Origin: Hoeflea sp.
GTDB taxonomy: Bacteria > Pseudomonadota > Alphaproteobacteria > Rhizobiales > Rhizobiaceae
Direction: 5' to 3'
Assembly (NCBI RefSeq): GCF_039975035.1
Contig: NZ_JBDWHW010000021.1
Coordinates: 392 to 64,391 of the forward strand
DNA: 64,000 nt
Position numbers and translations under genes: made by a program. Below, piece by piece: positions 56,661-64,000 of this stretch (positions are counted from its first letter, which is position 1; each line of letters begins with the position of its first letter). The notes under the pieces were generated by a model. That model saw only the letters and a list, made by a program, of their open reading frames with translations. It did no database searches and was not told where the DNA came from.

Positions 56661-58256
56661 TTATTCGGCGATATCGACGCCGGTGAACCAATGGCCACCG
56701 AGGGGATCCATCACGTAGCCGGTGACCTTCTTGCTCATCGGCATGAAGACCACGGAATGGGCGATCGTGGCCCACGGTGCTTCGCGCTTGAAGACAACCT
56801 GTGCTTCTTCGTAAAGCTTGGTCCGCTCGGCCTTGTCTGAAACGGACTTGGCCTTCTGGATCAGCGCTTCAAACTCGTCATTGCACCACTGTGCACGGTT
56901 CGAGCCGCCAACACCGTCACAGCCCAGCAGCACGGCCAGGAAGTTGTCCGGATCGCCATTGTCGCCGGTCCAGCCGAGCAGCACTGCGCCGTCACGGTCC
57001 TTGGCCTTCGACTTGTCAAGATATTCGCCCCATTCATAGGAGACGATTTCCACATTGACGCCGATCTTCGAGAAGTCTTCCTGCATCACCTCGGCCATGC
57101 GGCGGGCATTGGGGTTGTAGGGACGCTGCACCGGCATCGCCCAGATCTTCATCGACAGATCCTTCACACCTTCCGCCTCGAGCATCGCCTTGGCGGCTTC
57201 AGGGTCAAAGGCGTCGTCTTCAATGGCCTTGTTGTAGGACCACATGGTCGGCGGGATCGGGTTCTTGGCGGCCTGGCCGGAGCCCTGGAACACGGCGTCC
57301 AGAATGGCCTGCTTGTTGATCGCCATGTTGAGCGCCTTGCGGACCTTGGCATTGTCAAACGGCGGCACAAGCGCGTTATAGGCCAGGTAGCCGACGTTCA
57401 GGCCTTCCTGTTCCATCACTTCAAGATCGGCATTGGCCTTGAGCGAATCCAGATCGGCCGGATTGGGGTACGGCGCAACGTGGCACTCACCAGCCATCAG
57501 CTTCTGCTGGCGCACGGATGCGTCGGTGGTGATGGCAAACACCAGATCGTCGATCTTTTCCTTGCCGGCCCAGTAGTCCGGATGTGCCTTGAAGCGGATC
57601 ACGGCGTCGGGCTGATAGGCCACGAACTGGAACGGACCGGTGCCGATCGGCTTCTGGTTGAGATCAGAGGCCTTGCCGTCAGCTTCGAGTTTGTCGGCAT
57701 ATTCCTTCGACATGATCGAGGCGAAATCCATCGCCATGTTGGCGATAAACGGCGCTTCGGGACGATTGAGCACGAACTTGACCGTCATGTCATCGACCTT
57801 GTCGATCGACTTCAGCAGGTCGGGCATCGACATGCCGTTGAAATATTCCCAGCTAGCACCCTCGACATACTTGTTGAAGGGATTGTCTTGCTTGAGCTGG
57901 CGCTCGAACGAGAAGATCACATCGTCTGCATTGAGATCGCGCGTCGGTGTGAAGAAATCGCTTGTGTGGAACTTCACACCGGGACGAAGCTTGAAGGTGT
58001 ATTCAAGGCCATCCTCGGAGACTTCATAGCTCTCGGCCAGGCCGGGCTTGGTCTCGGTGGTGCCGATGTTGAATTCAACCAAACGGTTGTAGATGTTCTT
58101 CGACGAGGCGTCGAAGGTGGTGCCTGATGTGTAGAGCGCGGGATCGAAACCTTCCGGCGATCCTTCCGAGCAATAGACCAGCGTCTTGGCTTGCGCTGCA
58201 GATGCAAACATCGCTGCGAGCGCGGTCGTGGCCAGAAGTAAGTTAAGCTTTTTCAT
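56661..58256 (-). CDS. dppA: family-5 peptide ABC substrate-binding protein
   Basis: ORF 56661..58289. ATG at 58256 (MKKLNLLLATTALAAMFASAAQA signal peptide). KTLVYCSEGSPEGFDP. Confidence 0.88.
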   Translation of the reverse strand: MKKLNLLLATTALAAMFASAAQAKTLVYCSEGSPEGFDPALYTSGTTFDASSKNIYNRLVEFNIGTTETKPGLAESYEVSEDGLEYTFKLRPGVKFHTSDFFTPTRDLNADDVIFSFERQLKQDNPFNKYVEGASWEYFNGMSMPDLLKSIDKVDDMTVKFVLNRPEAPFIANMAMDFASIMSKEYADKLEADGKASDLNQKPIGTGPFQFVAYQPDAVIRFKAHPDYWAGKEKIDDLVFAITTDASVRQQKLMAGECHVAPYPNPADLDSLKANADLEVMEQEGLNVGYLAYNALVPPFDNAKVRKALNMAINKQAILDAVFQGSGQAAKNPIPPTMWSYNKAIEDDAFDPEAAKAMLEAEGVKDLSMKIWAMPVQRPYNPNARRMAEVMQEDFSKIGVNVEIVSYEWGEYLDKSKAKDRDGAVLLGWTGDNGDPDNFLAVLLGCDGVGGSNRAQWCNDEFEALIQKAKSVSDKAERTKLYEEAQVVFKREAPWATIAHSVVFMPMSKKVTGYVMDPLGGHWFTGVDIAE

Positions 58257-58822
58257 GGCGCATCCCCTGTGGTTGTACGCATAATTCATTTTTCACCGGG
58301 GATTGATTTTCCCGACCCCAGCTTGCCGCGATCAAAGGCCAATCACCATATCAATGCAAGCATCATTCCTGTCTTTTTTGGCGATCTTCGCGCAATAATT
58401 CGAAATAGGCCGCTCGCGCTGCATGCAATTTCCATCATTTGCTGCGGGAATGATCGAAAATTGGAAAAAACCGCCAAAAATGCCTCAACCTTCCAAATAG
58501 CGAAAACCACCTAATTCAAATTTCAACAAGTGTTGTTCCTTTTTCCGAACTGCCAACGGAGGTGCGCACTGAGCGCTATTTCACGATCGTCTTCAGCAGC
58601 ACAATTCCCTATTGCTTTCGACAGCAGCACTGAACCGCACCGGGTTTGCCGGAGGCTGCAATTTGAGCAGCGAATGTCTTTCGGACTTTGACCTCACAAT
58701 GAAAATCTCCGTCCAAATTTTACCGAAGAAGCCCGCTCAAAACGGGAATCTACCCTATGATTCGCCACCCATATTCCGATGTGCTAAAATTCCTCGTGTC
58801 GCGTAATCTGCGGGAGGTAGTC

Positions 58823-59191
58823 ATGCGTCAGATTTTTTTCTCGGCAATCATGTTCTCGTGTCTCATGCTTCCGGTCAATGCGGGCGAAAATCACATATTC
58901 TATACCGCAAGCGTCGAGGGACTCAGAACAGTGAACCTGAACCTGTTGAGCAGTGATGTCGCCCGTGACAGCGATTTCGATGTCGATGTGGTGATTACTG
59001 TGGTGGAAAAAGACTCCACAGGAAATTCATTGTACGTTGATCGGTCAGAACATTCTGCCAGCATTAGGTGTGGCGCCCCGGCATTGGTCAAAATCAGGGC
59101 AACCAGCTACAATATCAATTCCACGCTTTCTACCGGCATTGACTGGAAGCATGATCTTTGGTCGGCCGTTTGCATGTCGCCTACATCATAA
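58823..59191 (+). CDS. small secreted hypothetical protein
   Basis: ATG at 58823, 5 nt after GGGAGG. MRQIFFSAIMFSCLMLPVNA signal peptide. 122 aa with two Cys in the mature part. AT-richer surroundings. Confidence 0.6.
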   Translation: MRQIFFSAIMFSCLMLPVNAGENHIFYTASVEGLRTVNLNLLSSDVARDSDFDVDVVITVVEKDSTGNSLYVDRSEHSASIRCGAPALVKIRATSYNINSTLSTGIDWKHDLWSAVCMSPTS

Positions 59192-59350
59192 GTAGTCCTG
59201 AATTGTTGATGTGGGTTTTGGGTCGGCGGCCTCCAATTATTTCCGTACTGGTTCGGCGAGCCAATTTTGTAGGCGTGATTTGAATGAACTCAATCCGATG
59301 AAACTGACTGCAACCCAGTCGCAGGCCGCTAACACAATGTTTAGATATCT

Positions 59351-59384
59351 TACAAAACAGGGGCACACGGTATGTGCGCCCCTG
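59351..59384 (-). terminator. rho-independent terminator closing the tandem small-gene array
   Basis: The minus strand reads CAGGGGCGCAC-AUACC-GUGUGCCCCUG followed by UUUUGU. 11-bp stem with one G-U pair. Confidence 0.8.
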
Positions 59385-59544
59385 TGAGAGGCAATGGTCG
59401 CGACCAAATGCAAATGCATATCGCGCAAAAGTGTCCTGCGGTTTTGTGATAGCGACATGCAGAAACAAAGAGCTGACGCGCGCCACCTGACTCCGTTTGC
59501 ATGCGCCGCGCGTTAAGCGCGCGAGGCGAGGTGGCGAAGGTTAC

Positions 59545-59748
59545 CTCAATATCCGTCGAGTAGCTGATCGAACCGGGGGGGGTGGTCAATGCCGGCCTGC
59601 GGTGCTGCCAAGCTCGGTGAACCGTCATTTCCGGCGCGGTCATAGCTGACCAGGTCATTGCTGACACCAACGACGTAAGTGGTGAAGTCGTGGCCGGCCG
59701 GAGCCTGATAGACGTCGGGCGAGGAAGATTGGGCAAATGCGCCGGTGG
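59545..59748 (-). pseudogene. 5'-truncated, frameshifted third copy of the small secreted repeat-protein gene
   Basis: Own translation ASTGAFAQSSSPDVYQAPAGHDFTTYVVGVSNDLVSYDRAGNDGSPSLAAPQAGIDHPP... parallels copies A and B. It lacks the start and signal peptide, and the frame is lost at a G8 tract (59575..59582). Confidence 0.7.
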
Positions 59749-59800
59749 AAGCTAAGCGGGACCGGCCGGGAGAACAGCCGGTCCTGCTACCGATGGAGTC

Positions 59801-60100
59801 CTAGCGAGCGAACACCGGCGAGCCGTCATTGCCGGCACGGTCATAGGTGATCTGATCATTTGACACGCCACCGATCGAACCGGTGGCTGTGTAGTCGACG
59901 CCGCCCTGCGGTGCTGCGTAGCTGGGTGAGCCGTCATTGCCGGCGCGGTCGTAGCTGACCAGGTCGTTGCTGACGCCAACGGCGAAACTGGCGGAGCCGT
60001 GGCCGGCCGGAGCCTGATAGACGTCGAGCGCGGAAGACTGGGCGAATGCGCCGGTGGTGGCTGCAAGTGTCAGGCCGAGGGTGATGAAGATCTTGTTCAT
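59801..60100 (-). CDS. small secreted Gly/Asp/Ser-rich protein with an internal SND-x3-YDRAGNDGSP repeat (copy B)
   Basis: 99 aa. MNKIFITLGLTLAATTGAFA signal peptide. AAGGA RBS. Two internal repeats. Confidence 0.75.
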   Translation of the reverse strand: MNKIFITLGLTLAATTGAFAQSSALDVYQAPAGHGSASFAVGVSNDLVSYDRAGNDGSPSYAAPQGGVDYTATGSIGGVSNDQITYDRAGNDGSPVFAR

Positions 60101-60192
60101 AGGAGTGTTCCTTGTAGCGAATGAAGCTGATGATGTTGGAAGGCTGAGCGGGACCGGCCGGGAGAAAAGCCGGCCCCGCTTCAGGTGGGGTC

Positions 60193-60492
60193 TTAGCGAG
60201 CGAAAACCGGCGAGCCGTCATTGCCGGCACGGTTATAGGTGATCTGATCATTTGACGCGCCACCGATTGAACCGGTGGCTGTGTAGTCGACGCCGCCCTG
60301 CGGTGCTGCGTAGCTCGGTGAGCCGTCATTGCCGGCGCGGTCGTAGCTGACCAGGTCGTTGCTGACGCCAACGGCGAAACTGGCGGAGCCGTGGCCGGCC
60401 GGAGCCTGATAGACGTCGAGCGCGGAAGATTGAGCAAATGCGCCGGTGGTGGCTGCAAGTGTCAGGCCGAGGGTGATGAGGATCTTGTTCAT
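60193..60492 (-). CDS. small secreted Gly/Asp/Ser-rich protein with an internal SND-x3-Y(D/N)RAGNDGSP repeat (copy A)
   Basis: 99 aa. Differs from copy B at 3 residues (F5L, V79A, D87N). Confidence 0.75.
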   Translation of the reverse strand: MNKILITLGLTLAATTGAFAQSSALDVYQAPAGHGSASFAVGVSNDLVSYDRAGNDGSPSYAAPQGGVDYTATGSIGGASNDQITYNRAGNDGSPVFAR

Positions 60493-60670
60493 AGGGGTGT
60501 CCTTTCTGGGACGTTGTATTGGATCAATTGCTACTCATGTCCGGCTGACCGGGCACAGCTCCGCCGATGACAGAAAATGAGGAAAATCGACCACAGGGGC
60601 GATACCGCGCATTCTGTCCTGTTTAACTGCAACATGAGTCTTAGATTGGTCGGGATTGCACCGATGTCAT

Positions 60671-60700
60671 GAGCGGTCCAGCTTCGAGGGTGGACCGCTC
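60671..60700 (-). terminator. 10-bp perfect stem-loop just downstream of the CusF-like gene (weak terminator candidate, no U-tract)
   Basis: gagcggtcca-gcttcgaggg-tggaccgctc, read directly. Confidence 0.4.
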
Positions 60701-60709
60701 AGATGCGTC

Positions 60710-60994
60710 CTATTTCAGTTCGATGACCGTCAGCTTGCCCTCGACCCGGTCGGCAACGAATTCGACGTTTGCGCCTTGCTTCAGTTTGGCCAGCAGCGTT
60801 TCGTCCTTGATACGGAACACCATGGTCATGGCTGGCATACCAAGATTTTTCAGTTCTTCATGGATGAGCGTGACTTTCTTGGCCTTGGCGTCGATCTTCT
60901 TGACCACGCCCTTAGTGTATTCCACGGCCAGCGCGCCCGAGGCGAAGCTGAGGGTGAGGATGGCGGCGGATGCGAGTTTCAGAATGGTTTTCAT
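60710..60994 (-). CDS. cusF: CusF-like periplasmic copper-binding protein
   Basis: 94 aa. Signal peptide, then HEELKNLGMPAMTMVFRI, which matches the CusF H...M-x-M metal site. Confidence 0.8.
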   Translation of the reverse strand: MKTILKLASAAILTLSFASGALAVEYTKGVVKKIDAKAKKVTLIHEELKNLGMPAMTMVFRIKDETLLAKLKQGANVEFVADRVEGKLTVIELK

Positions 60995-61047
60995 ATCTAT
61001 TTTTCCTTGGGGAGGTTGCTTGTGTCGGGATGTTTTAGTTCCGGATG

Positions 61048-61527
61048 TTACTTCTGAGCGACAACGATGTCGCCGTGCATTCCAGATTCATAGTGGCCTG
61101 GGATGAGGCAAGCTATCTTGAAGGCACCGTCGTTGGTGAACTTCCAGACGATCTCGCCGGACGTGCCCGGCGTAAGACGGATGGCATTGGGATCGTCATG
61201 CTCCATCTCCGGAAACTTTGCCATCATGGCTTTGTGCTCCATGACCTTGTCTTCCTGGTCGAGCACGAATTCGTGCTCCAGTTCGCCTGCATTCTTGACG
61301 GCAAAGACGATGGTCTGGCCTTTCCGGACTTTGAAGTCGCTGGGAGTGAAAATCATCTGGCCGTCGTCTGTTTCTTTCATGGTGACCCGGATCGTCTGGG
61401 TGGCTTTGGCCTTCTTGCCAGGCTCACCAATGGCCATGGCGTCAGCATGGCCATCTGAATGAGTTCCTCCGGCGAGCGCTGGAGAGGCAAGAGCTGCGAA
61501 GAGGAGTGCGAGTGTTACAGTATTCAT
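61048..61527 (-). CDS. periplasmic cupredoxin (type-1 copper) protein with a His/Met-rich segment (CopI-like)
   Basis: 159 aa. Signal peptide. ELEHEF...CLIPGHYESGMHG ligand set. MEHKAMMAKFPEMEHDDP. Confidence 0.8.
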   Translation of the reverse strand: MNTVTLALLFAALASPALAGGTHSDGHADAMAIGEPGKKAKATQTIRVTMKETDDGQMIFTPSDFKVRKGQTIVFAVKNAGELEHEFVLDQEDKVMEHKAMMAKFPEMEHDDPNAIRLTPGTSGEIVWKFTNDGAFKIACLIPGHYESGMHGDIVVAQK

Positions 61528-61714
61528 TGTTTGATCCTTTGGTGCTTGGGAGGTAGATCAACCGTGCTTTAACGGCTTGGGTGTGGTGTGCGTCGTCGCA
61601 TCGGCGGCCTGAAACTGTCCGGGAGCTGCCCGAACGGCTGACTTCAGAGGACAATGCGGCTGCGCATCCGCTCACAATAAGCGGCACTGCAGACATCAGA
61701 AATGTGAATTTCAT
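61442..61714 (-). CDS. possible small lipoprotein ORF overlapping the cupredoxin gene start
   Basis: MKFTFLMSAVPLIVSGC lipobox-like leader. Weak RBS. Runs 86 nt into the cupredoxin gene in another frame. Confidence 0.25.
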   Translation of the reverse strand: MKFTFLMSAVPLIVSGCAAALSSEVSRSGSSRTVSGRRCDDAHHTQAVKARLIYLPSTKGSNNEYCNTRTPLRSSCLSSARRRNSFRWPC

Positions 61715-61803
61715 GATGCGATCCGAGTAGGACACATCAGCGGCGCAATGAGCAGACGGTGCTCAAATGCGCACGATCAGACCCGCAGAACGGGCGATCC
61801 TAC

Positions 61804-62199
61804 TTAGATTTTGGGAGGGCGGTGAAGGCCAGGGATTTCGCCGGTAATGCCGTGTTCGTCTATGAACTCGCGAGCGGCCAATACGACCGGTCCGCTTGTA
61901 TCAGTCCGGCATGTCACGAGCGCGAAGCCAACGCAGGAGTCATAGCAGCAGTCCTGCTTTGCAAGCTTCGAACCTTGGTCAACCTTCGAATAGTCGGGAT
62001 GGCTTTCGTCCGACGCCATGTGGGTATCCACATGATCCATCAGCTGGATTACACTTACCTGATCGTTGGCAGGTGGAGCGCTGTGTGTAGCGGCCGCAGC
62101 AATTGACAGCGGGTAGCCGGCCAGCGACATGATGATCGCCAACCTGATGAGAACCTGCAGCTTCCTGCAAAAGATTCGATACATCGCACACATATCCAA
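61804..62199 (-). CDS. hypothetical membrane-anchored or secreted protein with His/Cys motifs
   Basis: About 126-131 aa (start TTG 62199, ATG 62193 or ATG 62184). Hydrophobic N-terminus LIRLAIIMSLAGYPLSIAAAA. HVDTHM and DCCYDSC motifs, ends ...GLHRPPKI. Confidence 0.5.
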   Translation of the reverse strand: MDMCAMYRIFCRKLQVLIRLAIIMSLAGYPLSIAAAATHSAPPANDQVSVIQLMDHVDTHMASDESHPDYSKVDQGSKLAKQDCCYDSCVGFALVTCRTDTSGPVVLAAREFIDEHGITGEIPGLHRPPKI

Positions 62200-62600
62200 C
62201 AGATAGACTCAAATTGAGTCGACTTCAAGGCATTGATATTGTTTCTTTTTCTTAACTTTTTGTTAACGCTAAGGACCTTCCCGCGTCATCAAAACGAGTG
62301 TTCATGGGCGGAAATGGCTACAGAAAACTGTCTTTTCTGTGACACCAACGAAATCCCTAGGAATGATTGGGAAACTGCATCGGGCGCGCCGCATTTGCGG
62401 CAGTGCCGCCGAACATGGAGTAATTGAAATATTACGTCGCAAATTGGCTTTTTTGCGTAGTCACAAAAGTCACTCCTCACGAGGTCATGCGAGAGAGGCT
62501 AAGTTGACTTTGAACTGGCCGTCATTTCGGCATCCCCCTGTTTGAGAATGCACTGTGGAACGTGAACAGCTTAAGATTTCCGTTCGGAGGGAGACCTTTA

Positions 62601-63119
62601 ATGATTTCAAAGATAGTGGCCGCTTTGGTATCGATTATCGCTGGCAGGTGCCGCCGCTACGGCCACGGCATATGTTCAAGCGAGTGAAAGGACCGTCATC
62701 GTTCGACGACTGGATATGAAATCTATGGCCGAGGCAGAGAAGCTGATCGATACTATGTTCAAAGGCAGCAGCTCCTACGTTCTGGGTTGTTCAAAGCTGC
62801 CGCGGAAACGATATATCAGTGGTCTGGCAGCGCCCTTATCGCCTACTTCGCCGGCAATCCCGTCATTGCCGGCTCTGGAGCCAGTTCGGCCATTCTGACC
62901 CAACCCGCAGAGTTCATCGCACTGGCGAACGCCTTTGGTATGTACGCGAATTCTCTCTGTTCGGCCGCTGAAAGCCATCCTGATGCGTTGACCCCGGACA
63001 TGCGTATGAGAGCGGGGAACGTTAGAGGCCTCGGGCCATTCGGGAAGAAAGTAGACCCTGCGACAGAGATTTCGTCGATGTCCGCCGAACACGCCTTTCA
63101 CATAATGCTTCAGACCTGA
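62601..63119 (+). pseudogene. possible frameshifted gene for a secreted protein of unknown function
   Basis: GGAGGGAG then ATG at 62601 (MISKIVAALVSII). The sequence continues sensibly only after +1 shifts near 62640 (..LAGAAATATAYVQASERT..) and near 62785 (..FKAAAETIYQWSGSALIAYFAGNPVIAG.. to the stop at 63119). Confidence 0.3.
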
Positions 63120-63498
63120 CTTCCTGCCATGCGAAATTTCGCCTGAAAACGAACTGACAGCTTCCAGACGAAGTGAAAGGTGCCAGATGGACGGGCCGTG
63201 TGAGCCTATGTCCAGCATGGGTGTATTTGGTACAGGAGGCGTTCTTGATGCGGACATCGCCAGCACAAATGCTGGTTCCGGGCGGATCAATGATGAATCA
63301 CGGCATCATGTTGAGGCGATTTCTGGAGACGAGAAAACCACTGAATGGTAGCTGTATGACAACTCCGAATTCGATTGCCTGAAGGGGTACGACGGCGGCG
63401 CTGCCGGCAGGGCTCTTCGCCGCACTGAATGGGAAGAGCCTACGGGTCCTCACCATCCGTTTCGACGACGACAACACCAAAATCATGTTATGCCGAAC

Positions 63499-64000
63499 CT
63501 ACTCAGATTTGAGGCGCGCCCATCCCGGCCGCTCGAACAGGAAGTGCCCGAAACCAGTCATGCCGATAGCAAGATAGAGTATGACCGGTGTTGTCAGGGC
63601 TACCACGAAGACCGCGAGGCTGAGCGGTCCGGTTTGCGTGATCAGACCGGTATTCATAGCTAGCTCGCGAAAGATCGACATGGGAAGGGTGAAAGCCAGA
63701 TAGATGACAAGCGAATGGGCACCGATCCATCGCAACCAGCCTGTATACGGCCGGTCCACCAAAACCACACTGAAGGCGCAAAGGGCCACCGCGCCTGCCA
63801 CACCAAGCAGGAAATGCAGCGGTGGAAACGCGGCAAATCCCATGCGGGTTTCGTCCGGAAGCAGTTCGAAACCAGGGAGAAACACCAAAGCCCCGTTGAC
63901 GACGAACCAGACAGTCAGCGCAGCAATTGCTTTCCCCCGGTTTTCGGCTATCCAGCCCGCCATCCGGAAAATCTGCGGAGCGAACGCATAGCCTATGTAG
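63499..64000 (-). CDS. acyltransferase-3/OpgC-like integral membrane protein, C-terminal part (N-terminus off the right edge)
   Basis: The ORF is open to nt 64000 (..YIGYAFAPQIFRMAGWIAENRG..). Polytopic hydrophobic pattern. Confidence 0.6.
   Translation of the reverse strand, partial: YIGYAFAPQIFRMAGWIAENRGKAIAALTVWFVVNGALVFLPGFELLPDETRMGFAAFPPLHFLLGVAGAVALCAFSVVLVDRPYTGWLRWIGAHSLVIYLAFTLPMSIFRELAMNTGLITQTGPLSLAVFVVALTTPVILYLAIGMTGFGHFLFERPGWARLKSE

Larger units (their letters stand above)
59545..60492 (-). repeat. tandem array of about 2.5 units with a 392-bp period (gene plus downstream GC-rich hairpin)
   Basis: Starts at 60492 and 60100 and stops at 60193 and 59801 are each exactly 392 nt apart. 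Hairpins at 60147..60180 and 59756..59787 are related. Confidence 0.9.

Noticed and set aside
59752-60458. Pro/Ala/Thr-rich alternative-frame ORFs (104, 174 and 128 aa) running through the tandem array
   Set aside because: They are repeat-generated alternative frames without RBS or signal features. The frame giving the signal-peptide proteins has RBSs and consistent starts and stops in each unit.
62775-63290. 171-aa minus-strand ORF in the AT-richer tail
   Set aside because: The translation is Arg/Gly-rich and non-protein-like. The opposite strand reads better, although it is frameshifted.

Overview
High-GC, gene-dense segment with about 62 intact CDS. I saw no rRNA, tRNA, CRISPR, integrase or prophage genes. 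It reads like an accessory catabolic and transport region of an alphaproteobacterium. The gene content is Rhizobiales-like (TTT and many ABC importers, SorC/LysR/MocR regulators), but the taxon is inference only. Left to right: (1) a partial polyamine-type SBP. (2) A MocR regulator with an enolase-superfamily enzyme and an aldo-keto reductase. (3) A glucosylglycerate-type compatible-solute cluster (GH13 phosphorylase, HAD phosphatase, GpgS-like synthase). (4) katG/oxyR. (5) A ThDP enzyme with tctCBA. (6) A LysR-TauE-enolase operon converging on a 9-gene minus-strand block: SDH/FRD-like B-C-D-A, a split class-I fumarase-like hydro-lyase, a signal-less sulfite-oxidase-family Mo enzyme, YeiH and NIPSNAP. 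This block is my top candidate for an undescribed system (organosulfonate or sulfo-dicarboxylate dissimilation). A shared 20-bp box links it to the tct/LysR promoter. (7) GST, FAH and a decayed ABC ATPase remnant. (8) A Na/Pi-PhoU transporter. (9) An Afu/Fe3+-type ABC importer with a beta-CASP-like MBL hydrolase and a SurE paralogue. (10) Two SorC regulators. (11) Acetoin-dehydrogenase-like E1 alpha/beta and AcoC plus a SAF-domain dehydrogenase, divergent from a CUT1 sugar ABC importer, a PfkB kinase and two unknown proteins. (12) A truncated tctA and an IS630-like remnant. (13) dppABCDF. (14) An AT-richer accessory tail with a 392-bp tandem array encoding small secreted repeat proteins, CusF-like and cupredoxin copper proteins, unknown small proteins, a possibly frameshifted secreted-protein gene and a partial acyltransferase. 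All family calls rest on motif recognition in the supplied translations and my own reading of the DNA. No database search was possible.
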